64,000 nucleotides of DNA from Felis catus (taxonomy: Eukaryota), in contig NC_058368.1 in NCBI RefSeq assembly GCF_018350175.1, forward strand, positions 146,384,001 to 146,448,000, read 5' to 3'. Of this stretch, positions 38,450 through 53,127 are shown piece after piece; position 1 is the first letter of the stretch; every line of letters begins with the position of its first letter. A program made the translations under genes and the position numbers. The notes under the pieces were generated by a model. The model was given only the letters and a program-made list of their open reading frames with translations, was not told where the DNA came from and ran no database searches.

Positions 38450-41400
38450 AACCAAAACTTTATTTTAAAGGAATATATGAATTAAGAAAATCTATTATAA
38501 TAGTTTTCTATTACATGTGTAGAATAAACTGAAGGAAAACTGTTTCCCATAGTAAAAAAACAAAACCAAAAAAGATATATTCCATTTAAATAGTAATTAA
38601 CTTACATGCTAGCCCTTTTCCTTCATGACCACATTATAGATAGGCTACCCTGTAATTTTCAAGAAAAAGGAATAAAAATGGTGCGGTGAACTGACCAGAA
38701 ACACTTGGTTATACACAACTTTTAGGTTCTTTGTGGTAAATAATGAAAGATATTAAGAAGATTGAAGTGTGAGGATAGTAGTAAATTATCAGATTAAGTT
38801 CCCCCCAACACACATACAATTCTCAATATTTACTAACAAGTAAGCACAAAATAATTTATGAACCGGTTATATAAACTTGAAGAAATTCCAGCTATCTGTC
38901 TTTTTAGGGGTCTCAGTCACACTCTCATATAAGAAGATTACTTTTGGCAAATACAGTGATTCCTGAGGCAAGAGTGATGATTCTTTCTGGTATCAGGTGG
39001 CCACAATTGTCCAGAGTTCACAAGTGGACCCAGAACCACTTAAAAATTTAGCAGAGAGTATCATCTCCAAGATTAAACAGACCTCAGTGGATTATACTCT
39101 CTTCATAAAGTACTGAAGAGTACCTCTAAAATATTTTAGTCAATTTGTGTATCTGGAATACATTTAATTTCACTCATGAGAGCCTATATGCAATATTCCT
39201 CTTGCTTGTTTTCGTGCCTTGTGTTCACCAAGTGATACACATTTTTGTCATTCAGTATATTAATTAATAAACTATTATTCATTTATATACAAATAACAAA
39301 AGTGCCTCTAGTAGCTACCTCAAGTGTATGGGCTTTGAATCCCAACAATCTGCTCCTGAGCTGTGCATCTTTCAGTAGATGCTAGCAGCACCAGGGTTTT
39401 AGCTCACCCTAACAACCCACATTTAATACGCATTGTATTTTAAAGTAAATCCTAAAGCTTATAACATAGTGTAACCATATTGCATGTAAAACATCCTCTT
39501 TGGTACCAATGTGTTAAGTCATTATTGGCAGTTTTGATTTGAATATCAGAACTTCTTGGTAATTTTTTTTAAAATTTTACCTTAACATTTTAATTTAAAC
39601 AAATTTAATATTATTACCTTCTGGATGTCCAACATGTCATTAAATGCAATTTTTTTTTTCATTTTTCAAGTCTATCAACAATTGAAATAACTCTGACACT
39701 CTTACTAGATTTGTTCATAGACAAGTCTGTACTTTGTTTATTGCTTATGTGACTTGAGTAATTCCTAGGTGAGAGCAAACTGGGAAAGAAATCAGGAAAC
39801 CAGGTATCTTCCATAGTCCTCTCATAGCCTAATAAATTAAGGAAGTTATTCAGCTTGTGTTCAGAGAAACTCCCTTTGTCGTCTACTCTTCTCTAACTCA
39901 TTTTTAGGGATTAGGAAAATAAAGTATAAGAAACCTAGTGGAAATTCTGTGCCGTAATAACTTACACAGCTTCAGATTGTTATTCAGTTAATATTTATCA
40001 AGGAATATTTTATCCATTAGGGAGGAATATGTTTTAGTTGTTATGTGATAAAATATCAACTCAAAGGCTGTGTGAGGTCAAGTTACTTAAGCTCTCTAAA
40101 GCTGTGGTTTCTTTATAAGTAAGATGAAGGTAACAGTATTAAGTTCTAGCGAAGTGTCTACTGATATGTTCTGAAAAATAGTAGGCATTTTAAGAAAACA
40201 GAAAAAAACAAAACACTTTCAAGAGAGTGGTCAACAACATTCAAGTTATTTCAGGCCACCCAGAGAAGCATGGGGTACACCAAGTGAGAACTCAAAATAC
40301 AGACTTTTCTTCTAGAATGTGATACATGTGTGCCTGATAAACCACTCATTCTGCAGAATTGTGCACTGAAAATGAGCTTATGGGGGAAATTAATTTTAGG
40401 CATACCACTCAAAATCTATGCAGCTTTACATTGTTGTTGTTAGTTCTTTGGTTACAAACCTAATGAAAATATTAACTCCACTAACTCTCTGCCAACATTT
40501 TCACCTAACATCACAGTCAACTAACCATTTGCATCACATTTCCCCTCAAATCAAGGAGATGGCAGTTACTGAGTGTATTTGATTCCAGTACTTTTCATCA
40601 AAATTGAACATCTGATTCAAGCTACAGGGAGGAAACATGTTCACAGCTTCTTTCTTGAACAGAAAGCTTAACTGTTGTAAAGTGTAGGGTTCTTGAATCC
40701 ACTAAACTAGCCCCTATGTATACTAAAGGAATTGACCTGTACAGGATTTTTAGCCGCTCATTTGCACTTTTTTAGGACTTTACACATTGTTAAGACTTTC
40801 TCTTTAATTGGGGTGAAAACTTGCTTCTGATCACTATAAAATGTCAACATACTAGAAAAAAATCCTATGAAGCAGCAAGATACCCAAAGTCTAAATTATG
40901 TTGATATTGTTCATTATTTACCAATGGCAAAGGGGCTCTTTTATATAAATATGTATTAGAATGGAGTATACTATATTAGATGAAAGAATTCTGAACTTCC
41001 CTAAAGCTCTTTGGAACTAAGTTGTTTATAGAGAATAAGGAATATAAATCAAACATGTTTCTTTTCTTGCTTCTGTTTCAGGTGTATAAGTACTTTTAGG
41101 GGTAGTTTAATGGGTTAGCTTCAGTAGAGACATTTGTTTGAGTTTTCTTACATTTCTCTTGTGCTTATTCCCCACGGTTGGCTGAAGAGTCTGAAATTAT
41201 CTCTGGATCACTAGCAAAAGTCTCCATTCCTGTTCATAATTACTGTTTACTATCAATTTGATTTATCCTATTCCTATAGCAGTGTTTTCCCCCCAGACGC
41301 CTTTTAGAAGTGCCTCTAAGGCACTTCTATCTAATTCTAGCACTGAGAGATCAAACTGCCTATCATGCATTTGGGAAGGTTGTTGTGCAAGATAGGCAGA

Positions 41401-41588
41401 GACCGTTTTGATCAAGTTATTCCATGTATACAGTAAACTTTATGTTTTATATTAAAGTATTACAATCTAGCTGGTTCGCTTTACCAAATCTTCATGAATT
41501 AAAACAAAAAAAGGAGTTGTGCCATATTTTAATTGTGCCACTTCATATCAGTGCTAAAGCAGCAAGTTCTTACAAATTATATGCATAA

Positions 41589-41771
<183 letters not shown>

Positions 41772-41779
41772 TAAGTAAT

Positions 41780-41780
41780 T

Positions 41781-41819
<39 letters not shown>

Positions 41820-41821
41820 TT
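41780..41821. repeat. (TTTA)~10 microsatellite just after the exon 7 donor
   Basis: Read directly. Confidence 0.95.
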
Positions 41822-42426
41822 GCCACATGATGAGATATTATTTTTAAAATCTAATACCTGATCTCAAGAATTTTATTTACTTAAAACTCTGAATTTACTC
41901 AAGGTTGTTTTTAAACAACAAAAATTGTGATTTTGGAAATTCTAAAATGTTCAAATCAATGTCTTTTCTCTGGTATTTGGTTAATTCTTATTAATATTGA
42001 AAGCAGAAGTACTGAAAATATAATCAAAATGTTTTTTCTTGTGGTGTTTATAGATTAATTAGAAATGGCATGTGGACACTAAAAATATTAGAATCCAGCT
42101 TGTGTTAAGTAGTGTTTCAATCTGATTTACTGCTTTAAGCAGACTCATATAGCATTTGAATTAGCTACCTGATTTGGTTATGCTTGGAATTTTTTCAAGT
42201 GAAATGTCTCTTCCTAGTCATCTCTATCTCTCTATTAAAATTTTGATTACATGCTTTAATTTTACAGATTTTCACTCTTTCATTCAGATACCCTCTTTTG
42301 ATATGCATCCCAATTTAGTTGTAGTGAATTGACGAGTTGGGATAATTAACATTTTATTTCAGCAAAATAGCATTTATAAAGAATAATTATCAGTTGAATC
42401 CTAAATGAATGTACCAATCATTTGTG

Positions 42427-42491
42427 TATCTATCTCTATCTCTATCTCTATCTCTATCTCTATCTCTATCTCTATCTCTATCTATCTCTAT
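42427..42491. repeat. (TATCTC)n hexanucleotide repeat
   Basis: Read directly. Confidence 0.93.
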
Positions 42492-42583
42492 GCCCTGAGA
42501 GTTTATTTCTTTTTCCCTAAACTTTTTATTAATTTAGCAAATAGTTAATGAACAATAGCCATATGACAAATGATATTACAGAT

Positions 42584-43065
42584 CAGTGGTTTCACAGTGT
42601 GGAATGATGACCCCCTAGGACAGTCCCCAAGGTCATCTCTTCTTCAGTTCCATACCTGTGTGAAGCCAGTCTCTTCATATATTTCACTTAGAATAACATG
42701 TCACATCTGATTAAATGTGGAAGCTTATGAGAATCCAACTCTTTTCATTCAAGCCAGCCATGAAACAGATTTACAAAGTATAAACATAGCCCTCACAAGA
42801 TTTTTTGTTGAAATATAATGATCTTTCATAAAGAATATCATATTCATGTTGACATTTACTAGGTTTATTTTTTTTTAATGAATTAATAAAGATTTAAAAA
42901 TGTCCCGGGTTTTTAATTTTGAATATGATAAATATAATACATATAAACAAAAGCTCTTGAGATTCTCAAGAACTTTCAAAAGTGAAAAAGTTGTTTTTTT
43001 TTTTTTTTACACTTTTAAAAGTATAAAAGTTTTTGTTCCTGAGAGCAAAACGTTTTAGAATTTTG
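42584..43065 (+). mobile_element. Charlie1-type hAT DNA transposon, internally deleted, inserted in an L2 fragment
   Basis: Starts CAGTGGTTTC. Contains a degenerate transposase C-terminus ('tacctgtgtgaagccagtctcttcatat...atgagaatccaactc...aagccag') and ends '...cctgagagcaaaacgttttagaattttg'. Possible decayed 8-bp TSD ttacagat/ttgtagac. Confidence 0.78.
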
Positions 43066-43411
43066 TTGTAGACATTGAGGATGCCAAGACAGACACAGTC
43101 CAAGCCTTCAGGAAACTGACAGCCTGACAGAAGGGAGTTTTTGAGTTTATGGTATAAAAGTAAGCATTGTACAGTTAAGAGTGAAATTGTTTTGTTTGTC
43201 TATTTATCATTGGGTTTTTATTCTCTCCACCATTGGCCTGATTTACTGGTATTGAAAATGCATTAGGTCTTTATACCCTTATGTCTCCAGACAATACATA
43301 CAAAAACCCAGTGTACATTAAACTCTTACTGGTTTGTACTCAGCTTCTGAATTTATTCATTAGCTCATAAACCTCTAGCTTCATAGAATTCAAAGGTATT
43401 GTATTATCTCT

Positions 43412-43415
<4 letters not shown>

Positions 43416-43460
<45 letters not shown>

Positions 43461-43637
43461 TTGAGAGAGAGAGAGAGAGAGCATGGGCCGGGGAGGGGGC
43501 AGAAGGAGAGGGAGAGAGAATCTTAAGCAGGCTCCACAGTCAATGTGGAGCCCAATGTGGGACTTGATTTCACAACTGTGAGATCACCACCTAAGCTGAA
43601 ATCAAAGAGTCAGACGCTTAAGCAACTGAGCCACCCA
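43416..43637 (-). mobile_element. Can-SINE with a (TTA)n tail, missing its first ~9 nt
   Basis: Perfect TSD tgtattatctctttta at 43400-43415 and 43638-43653. Confidence 0.95.
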
Positions 43638-45563
43638 TGTATTATCTCTTTTAAATAACAAACCAAAAATATTTCCAATTTGCAAATATTAGAGTAGCCA
43701 GACTATTCCTATAGATCATTATAGGAAAAAATAAAATTACAAGCAGTTTGAAGTATTCAAGCTCTGTACTTCATTCAGTCACTCTGTAGGCAAATGAGCA
43801 ATGAGTATCAGTTGTGTGCTAGACAGAAACTAGATGTTGGGGATTCAGGAGAGTAGAAAACAGACAGCCTCTGTCTTCATGGAACTGTTGGTTCAGTTGT
43901 TTTGTCTGATGAAGATTTCAGGGTCTGGGGGAAGAATGAAATGTACTGGTTTTATGTTAGAGAGCTCTACCTTAGTTCTTTTCATTCTGCGTGTGAAGCA
44001 TATACAAGGTTTTGAGGTTACTAACATTTTCTGATTACCTGATATTGCTTGAATAGGTTTCCAGTACACATGGTACAGAGATGAAAGAAGTTTAGATCTG
44101 AATCAAGACTAAATATGTTATTTAGGATTTTTAATAAAGGCAGTGTGTTTGCTTCTACCAATTATATGCAATTCATGTTTTCCTTTTCTATATTTTGATA
44201 ATCATGTTAGTACTTATTTTGTATATTTTCACTATTTTAAAAGTTGATATAAAACCATATCAGCTTCTTTGAATTGTCTGCTAATTTTATTACTTTGGAC
44301 CTTAAGGCTCAACTGGTCCTAAGAAGAAATGGAAAACATATGTTAGATGTCAGGAAGAATTTTAAAGATTGAAGAAAATTTAGTGTAACACTTATCAATC
44401 ATGTGTTGAATGGTTGATACCCTGCTCTACAATTCCTCTTGCTCTGCCCAAGTAAAACAGAGAGGAAAAAGTATATATTTTGTTATTTAATTTTATTTTT
44501 TTATACATTTGGGTTTTTCTTCCATTTTGAATACAGAAGACAAATTTTATGGCTCTTAAAGTTTCAAGTGCTCGTTCTTTCCCATTTTTTTAATCAAAAA
44601 CAGTAGAAAGCTTCAATGAAACAAAACAAAACAAAAAGCAAGCTATTAACTGTAAAGAAAACTTAAAATAACTCATTCTCAAATAGTGATGATTAACCCT
44701 TATTTTATGTTTTTAAATTAAAACTACTACCTAAGTTAAAATTACCACTTCATAATGCTGTCTTATTCACTCATAAGGAGCTAGGTTATTATACATTTTA
44801 ACCATGAACACAACTTAAATATGATACACAAGTAACATATTCTGACTTTCTAATATTGCCATGCTAGTGAAATGGGATTAGAGACCCCATTCATTAGTTC
44901 TAAACATACCTCTCTAACACAGATCAAACGTAGATCTCAGGTTTCACATAAAATGCCCTAAAACCACTCCCACTTAGGATATAACTTAAAAATTTTGAGT
45001 ATAATTCTAAAGATTCCAATCTAGAACCTTAAGGCTGGTGTTATCCCCTCACTCTGTCCTTGCAGTCACAAGATTAATTGTGTATATTCCTGTTTCTCAA
45101 TAGATTATAAGCCCCTTCAGACAGTGAACCAAGCATGGGCTTTGCAACAAAATATTGGTTGTGCTGCTCTGGAAAAATAATTATATAAGTCTATGTCTGA
45201 GTTGTTTTCATCTGTAAGAAGGGTAAATTAATATCTACCTTGTAGGGTTTGTGTAAGATGTAAATGAGAGGTCACATATAAAAAATTTATCACAATTCTT
45301 ATATATTTTGTATCTCTCTCTTCTCTCATACCTTGCCACTGTACCAATGACAATATCACAATAAATGCTTAAATAAATTTAAAAGTTACCATGATTTTGT
45401 GTTATGGATTAGTATTAGTATAGATTAGTATATACACAGATTAGCATACATTAGTATTTAGTTTTTTTAAGAGTACAGAGTAACCCATGGTATTTAGAAA
45501 TACAGTAAAAATTTTATAATGTGAAATACTTATAAATACATCAATTTAAAAAATAATTTTCTC

Positions 45564-45782
45564 GGGGCGCCTGGGTGGCTCAGTCGGTTAAGCGTCCGAC
45601 TTCAGCTCAGGTCACGATCTCGCAGTCCGTAAGTTCGAGCCCTGCATCGGGCTCTGGGCTGATGGCTCAGAGCCTGGAGCCTGCTTCCAATTCTGTGTCT
45701 CCCTCTCTCTCTGCCCCTCCCCTGTTCATGCTCTGTCTCTCTCTGTCTCAAAAATAAATACAGGTTAAAAAAAATTTTTTTT
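45564..45782 (+). mobile_element. Fairly young Can-SINE (SINEC_Fc type)
   Basis: Perfect TSD aaataattttctc at 45551-45563 and 45783-45795. Confidence 0.96.
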
Positions 45783-45841
45783 AAATAATTTTCTCATTCA
45801 TCAACATCCTGCATTTTTTAACCTTACTTTTTTCATGAATT

Positions 45842-46020
45842 AAAAAAAAATTTTTTTAATGTGTATTCATTTTTGAGAGATAGAGAGACAGAGCTCAAGC
45901 AGGGTGAGGCAGAAAGAGGGAGAGAGACAGAATCCGAAGCAGGCTCTGGGCTCTGAGCTGTCAGCACAGAGCCCGACACGGGGCTTCAACTCATGAACCA
46001 TGAGTCACCCAGGTGCCCCC
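45842..46020 (-). mobile_element. Can-SINE with an internal ~38-bp deletion
   Basis: Perfect TSD cttttttcatgaatt at 45827-45841 and 46021-46035. Confidence 0.94.
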
Positions 46021-46863
46021 CTTTTTTCATGAATTTCAATTGCTAATACCTAATAAATGTGTAAATAATTTATTGCTAACTCATATTTATGTTTTGAAAG
46101 TAGTGCATAGTTAAAAGCATAATAAAATTATAGATAGTGGGAAAGTTTACAGATCATCTGGTTTGATCCTTTCATTTTGCAAATAGAAAACTAAGTTCCA
46201 GAAAGAGGAAATGACTTGCATAAACTCCAGTAGACATAATAAAATTTTAAATTAAGTCAGAGTACCTATGATCATCCCTTCCTCCACTTTGTTTTTGAAA
46301 TGCAGACCAGGAGAAACCAAGGGAAGTCAAGGAATAAATGTGGAACATGCCCAGTGGGAATATTTGAAAGGAGTAGAGGCCCCAGAATTTTTCAAAGAGG
46401 GTTTAGGACCCAAGAAGTTTAGAATTAGGGGCCACTTTCTTTTCAGCCCTCAGTAGTAAATACCCACATCTGCATTAACTAATGTACATGTGAAGTTGTC
46501 AGAGAAAAAGGTGTTTAGAAAGTTATGAAATTGTAATTTAGCTGTGTTTGATACCAATTGCATTGTTTTTCAACTGAGAGAAGTAAATCAATTTGTAAAT
46601 AAACTTTTAAAATTTATGGGCACATTATGAATATTAAATACATAATAAGTCTACAGAAGTCGACAAAAGAAGACTTTGTAGTAAAGTTATTTGTACCAAT
46701 AAAAATACTAAATAGTAAAATACACAATACAGTTTTTATCAGAAAATGTGAGTGAGAGGTACTATGGAAATATTTACCGTCTTCTACAAGATAATATTAA
46801 AGTATACTGTTTATGTTATACTAAAGATGGAAAAGTGAAGTCAAGCCTCATATATTTGCTTTT

Positions 46864-47068
46864 TTTTTAAATTTTAAATGTTTATTTATTTTTGATAGAG
46901 AGAGTGCAAAGGTAGGGGCAGAGAGAGAGGGAGACACAGAATCCGAAGCAGGCTCCAGGCTCCGAGCTGTAAGCACAGAGCCTGATGTGGGGCTTGAACT
47001 CACAAACCATGAGATCATGACCTGAGCCAAAGTCAGACACTTAACTGACTGAGCCACCCAGGCACCCC
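46864..47068 (-). mobile_element. Can-SINE
   Basis: TSD atttgctttt at 46854-46863 and 47069-47078. Confidence 0.95.
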
Positions 47069-47077
47069 ATTTGCTTT

Positions 47078-47083
<6 letters not shown>

Positions 47084-47151
<68 letters not shown>
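47084..47151. repeat. A27 followed by (TA)20
   Basis: Read directly. Confidence 0.95.
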
Positions 47152-47154
<3 letters not shown>

Positions 47155-48689
47155 AATAAAATTTCAGGAATAAGATAATACTAAATAGTGAAACCACATA
47201 AAGATGACTCAAGTCTGTTCAATTTCTTCATTCTGACCCTCTCTTAGCTCCTTTCTAGATAGAAACACAGCAGGTTTTTCTTCAGACGGGTATAAAGAAC
47301 CAGGCAAAGCAAAGGTGACTTCTCAGTGTCTGGGCTCTAAAACACCATTTAATGAGTGAATAGCAGCATGATTAGTGAACAGCTAGATAACTTTCACACA
47401 GGAAAAGTTAGCATATTAATTTGTCAATAAATGTAAAACCTATAATGAAGATAATTTCTCAACAGATTATCTAATGTTATTGCTGTATCAAAGTAAAAAT
47501 CCATCCTTATGTGAAAATAATTATTTAGCCATATAAGAAAATACCAACTATTAAAAAATAGTAAGCTATAATGGCATTTGTAATGGTCACAGATTTTATA
47601 ATTAAGTATTGTGGTATGTTTTGAAAGTTCTAAAAAAAAAATGTCACTCCCAATATCTTCAAAATATTTTGTAACCCAAGACAAATGTAATTTTCTAAGT
47701 CCTTGAGTTTACTCTAAAAAATAATAGTACCGTGTCAAGTGGGAGCTATGTACTATGGAATCAGTAACCAAATTCTGTCACATAATGCAAAAACTCTGTT
47801 GCACAAAGGTACAGAAAATTTAAGTAACGGATCCAAGGTCACACAGTGAGTGATTTTAAACAATTATTTTATGGATCATTGAATAACACATTCTCCATTT
47901 TTCATAAAAGAGTGAGAGACTGTCTTTTCATGCATGAGTAATTCCAGTTGCTAAATTTAGCCATAAAACTAGTTTAATTATTATTATCATCCTATTACTG
48001 TTACTGTTATTGTTACTAAATTAAACTGTTGGTTCTGCATCAACTAGTCACTATAGGTAATGCAGTTGTTTGACCAATGGTGTTTTCTTGCACTTTACTC
48101 TGCTAACATAAGTATTGCCTGCTTATAAACCTGTACTACATGGTAAAAGTACATGAAATATTTGGTTGTACATCTCCTTAAGTGTATGTTCTACGGACAT
48201 TCAATAGAGGTAACTCCTAGATGACCAGTATCAAAAGTTTTCAAAATTCTGAATAGTTAATGAATTTTATATGTAAACAAAGTTATTCTACCATATTGTT
48301 TTTCTTTGTATTCTTAGCCATGTTTAATTAGAAAAAAAGTTAAACTGAGAATGAATGTATTGTATAATTTTTTATACTTCTCAGTGAAGAAAAATTGTAC
48401 AGAAAGTTTGAGTTTATAGTTTACATTACCATAGCATTTTAACCATTATGTAGCATTAAATTTACCTGGGAAGTTTGACTTCATTACTTGTTTTCAGTGC
48501 TAAGAATATGCTGGCTTTCAGTTGTTTTTGTAAGTCCCTCCCAATTTTATCTCCTCTGTATTCTCTGCGGTAGCCTCTGAGTGGTTTATATTCATTGTAT
48601 GACTATTACATGATTTTACATTGACAATAGAAATACACAGTAGATACTGTTTGTTGAGAAGAAAAGAATTCTGTTGTTTTGCCTCATTC

Positions 48690-49130
48690 ATACACTCACT
48701 CACCCATTCATTCATTCATTCATTCATTCATTCATTCATTCATTCACCCTTCCTTCATTTTACAGAGCACTAGGGACATACTACTGAGAGAGGCCCTGAT
48801 CTCATAAAGCTTAGTCTATATGAGAGAAGACAAGTGTTAATTATATCATTAAATCAATATATAATTGCAAACTTTTGAAGTATTTCAGGATTTAGGGGAA
48901 ACATGGCAAGGGGAGCTTGTGGCTTGAGGAATCATTTGAGCTGTAATCTGAAGGATAAAGAGGAATGCAATGGTAGAGTAGAGAGCAGAGTGCTTAAAAT
49001 CCAGAGGTAACAGCCTGTGAGCATGACCCAGGTGTAATGCATAAGCGATGGCGTGGAGGGAGCCAGAAGGGAGGAAGTGTGATGAGACAGGACTGCTCAG
49101 AGGCCACACCAAGCTGGCTGTGAGCTTCTT
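48690..49130 (-). mobile_element. L2 fragment with an expanded (CATT)n terminal repeat
   Basis: (ttca)n at about 48705-48746 followed by an L2-type body. Confidence 0.65.
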
Positions 49131-52100
49131 AATAAAAATTCATCCTTTCCTTGTATACATATTAGCATTTTTGTTTCTCATATCACAGGAGACTTTTCTT
49201 CTGTTTTCCCTACTTTTTAATACTGGTTTTAAACTCATGCTCATAAGAGTTATAAAGTACCATATTGACTAGAAAACTCTGATATTTTCATCCTTATTAC
49301 ATCTTCTTAGATATGATCACTTAAAATTATCTAAAGCTATTGTACTTAATTTCTTTTTCTTCTTTTTTAACGCTACTTTCAAACTGCTTAATGTTGTACA
49401 ATTTTGGATTCCCAATAACAACGTTCATTCTCTTGAAACACAGGAAACTAGAAAATTGAAAACATACCGAAACTTATGTAGAGTGCTCCCAGGGATAATA
49501 GCTTAAATTGGCATGTGTTAGCAGTCCTGACTGAGGTGCAGGATTGTACTGCTATTTTGCCTTTTTATGGTAAATATTAATACTTTTTTTCAGGAATATT
49601 TTTAGATCTTTGAAGAGTTCCTACTTCTAGTAAAACTCTGAAATCCTTGAATGTGTTATATATTGATAAATATTCATTAAAAAAATTTTAGTGTGACTAA
49701 TCCACACAATATGATTATTCTTGGGGTACATTCATCCTGTTCTGTCAACTAGCATCAACACTTAAGAGTTATTATTCAACATAACCATATGCTGTACATT
49801 CCTTGCTATTTACTATCTTACATCAGTTGAAACTGTGATTTATAGAGTTGCTTAGTGTGACTTTTTAATCCTGTGTATTAAAATGAACTAGCTGTAAAAG
49901 ACCACAGAAATTATAAAATTACTTTCATATTTATATACTTTATTAATATCAGGTAAAGTAGTGTAAACAAAAATATTGTGAAATTACTCTATAAATATAT
50001 AAGGGCACGATATGTATCTAAAATGAAATGTCACCATGTTCAGGCTTTATTAGGTACTGAGCTTAAATTTTTAATGAGGTCATGCTTTATAATACAACAT
50101 AATAAACAAGGAAGAATGTTTCATTTAAAATTCTTTAAAATTTAGGAGCTCTTAATTCTTCCAACATCCTAAAAGAGTGAATGTAATTAAAGTCTTTTAA
50201 TAGCATTCTGTTGGTATGCCTTGAAGTCACTGATGACCAGGTAGACTTGTGGGATGACCTTAACAAATTGATTAAGTATTTCGTTCATTATTTACTTATT
50301 TGGCAACATTGAGTCAGTGTATCAGTCTTACTGAAATTAGCAACAAGTGAATTAAATCAATCAACGAACAAAATTGTCAGATTAGATTATTTAATTAATA
50401 CGTTAATGCTTGTCACATCTTGAGCTGTTTCAACCTCTTTTTTCCCCAATTCTGCTTAACCTTTTTCTAGGTGTTCTCTTTCTTAACTCTATAGATTTTC
50501 TTTCTTGAAAGCAAACTGGTTTTAAAAGATAATGAAGTTAGAATCTGAACAAGGGACCTAGAAATGAAAACTTTGCCTAAGAATCAAGGCTCTAACCCTA
50601 AGGAGAGGTGACCAGGAAGAACCAGACCCATATGCAACCAAGTGAGGATTATGCTGGAGATCTAGACAGGGCATCAAACACAAGGATACACCGTACAGAC
50701 CTTCTGGTAACAATACCAGAACTGGAATAAAAAGTTCTTATTGTTCTTATCAGAAGCAACTGCTAAATTAACTTTGAACTCTTTAAGCGGTCCTTAACTA
50801 GAAAAAAAATATTAGTCCCTGTGGTCACAAGAGCTAAATGTATGGATCAGATAGAACAAAAAGCCTCTGTCTCTGAGATTTGGTGGGAAGAAATTCAAGA
50901 TGTGTATTGAATTTAGTTGATGATGAGTCCATAATTTATTCTTTACAGTAACATTAACAGACTTCATTCTGTAGAATATCTAAAGGAGATCTTAACAGGT
51001 AATCTGTAAGAGGTTCCAGATTCAAATAAGTTTTTAAACGGCTGTCTGCCACAGCTTCCATGCTTCCATGTGATCCAACCCATAGAACTTGGAGATACAT
51101 TTTTTAAAGGCTCTGAGAAACCCATAGTAAATAATTCATTTGATGTTGTAGTCACCTTTGAAATGTACTTAAGCATAGCACCCTCATGCAATCTGCCTCT
51201 CCCTTCCCCAAAATGGTTTAGCAACAGTTAACAGCCCAAGGAATAATATTTTGCAGGGCCCTAGTTTGGGTTATGAACTCTCAAAATTCCCCCAAATCAA
51301 TGATTTTAGAAATATAAGAACCTTAAACTATAATTATAGAATGTTAGCCATTGAGTGTATCTCAAGAAAAAAATAGTGGGGGACTTCACAGGAAAATTGG
51401 TGCATATGTGGGACTTTCTTCTGCCCCTCCCCACAATCTCCTACCTTGGAAACATACTGCTTGTCCAACATATGGACCTGCTGGGAGCAGCAGGATCATT
51501 TTCTAAGAGATTTCTAGTGATTAGAACACATTTTTATATCCGTAAAAGGAGCAGTTCAACATTATCTCACCTGCAGGGTAAAAGCATTAAAATAATTTGG
51601 TCCAAAAATACAAATAAATATTTGTGTAGTCCTTAGATACTTTTATATAGTCTTTGTTTCTGCATGCTGACAAGTAAAAATATATAGGTTCACACATGTC
51701 ATGCAAGGGTCAGATATGCTTTAGGCTTCTATGTGATGAGTATCTTCTGAAAACAAAGGGTTCTAACATGTTCCAAACAACTTTAAAAATATTACTAAAT
51801 TATAACTTTTCACAGATGTTGCTCCTTGGACTGTAGTGAAAAATTTTAACTGTGTGTTCTGAATCAACCTGTAGTGGTCCCACTAAGTAATTGTGTAGCT
51901 GTAATAATTTAGATTAGTGGTAGGTGGTAGATCAGCAAACACCCTCTTCAGATTAAGTTTATGGTTTCATTGGCCAAGGTTATACAATCTTATTAAAGTC
52001 TACATAGCTACAGGGACCAGCAAAAGATGCAGCATATTTTAGCACAGTATTTTCATACCTCGTTGAGTGGGTTTAGGTACTAACACAGCCACCACTGAGA

Positions 52101-52517
52101 TAGTTCGTCTAACACATGGTCTTTCTGGACCCAGGAAAGCTCAGTTCTTTCCTTTTTAATTCTAGAATCTTACAGCATCATCCTGGATGAAATTGCACAA
52201 TACATGCACTTTTGTTTAGAGTAATGATTGCATACGTCAGTCTTCCCTACTTACTAAAGTGAAGTTATGTCTTTCAAAGCTTTTTCCGGGTCCTAGAGAG
52301 CCCAGTTCTGCATAGTGACCTGGTTGCAGTCAAATAGAGTTTGAAATCAAATATTTACTATAAGTGAGATTCTTCTTATGGTGGAGTTTTGAAGAAACTT
52401 ACTTGTTTGCCTTCTGATACATTTCTTTCTATGTTTCTTGTCAGTGTCATGGGTTATTAAAAAATAATAAAACCTAATAGTAAGGAGGGGAAGAGCCCAG
52501 TGTTGATCCATTTATTT

Positions 52518-52759
52518 ATGAATAAACTTTTTTTAGGAGTATTTTTAAGTTCACAGCAAAATTGAGCAGGAAGTACAAAGAGTTCCTGTGTATCCCTGGT
52601 CCCCACACATGTACAGTCTCCTCCACCATCAACATCCCCCAACAGAGCGATACATTTGTTAAACTGATAAACTTACACTGACACACCTTTCTCACTCAGA
52701 GTCCATAGTTTGCATTAGAGATCTTTCTTGCTGTTTGTTATACATTCTATAAGATTTGG

Positions 52760-52846
<87 letters not shown>

Positions 52847-53127
52847 CAAGTATACACTATTGTAGTACTTAGTAGTTTCACTACCTTAAAAATCCTATGT
52901 ACTTCACCAGTTCATCTTTCCTTCCTCATAGTTTTGCCTTTTCTAGAATATAATATAGTTGGAATGAGACGGTATGTAGCCTTTTCAGATTGGTTTCTTT
53001 CACTTCACAGTATGCATTTAAGGTGCCTCTATGTGTTTTCATGACTCGATAGCTGATTTATTTCTAGCATTGAATAATATTTCATTGTCTGGATGTGCCA
53101 CAGTTTATCCACTTACTGACTAAAGGA
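52518..53127 (-). mobile_element. L1MC-type 3' end containing (TA)n at 52760-52842
   Basis: 'ttcacagcaaaattgagcaggaagtacaaagagttcc...gtatgtagccttttcagattgg'; direct repeat atccatttattt at 52506-52517 and 53128-53139. Confidence 0.85.
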
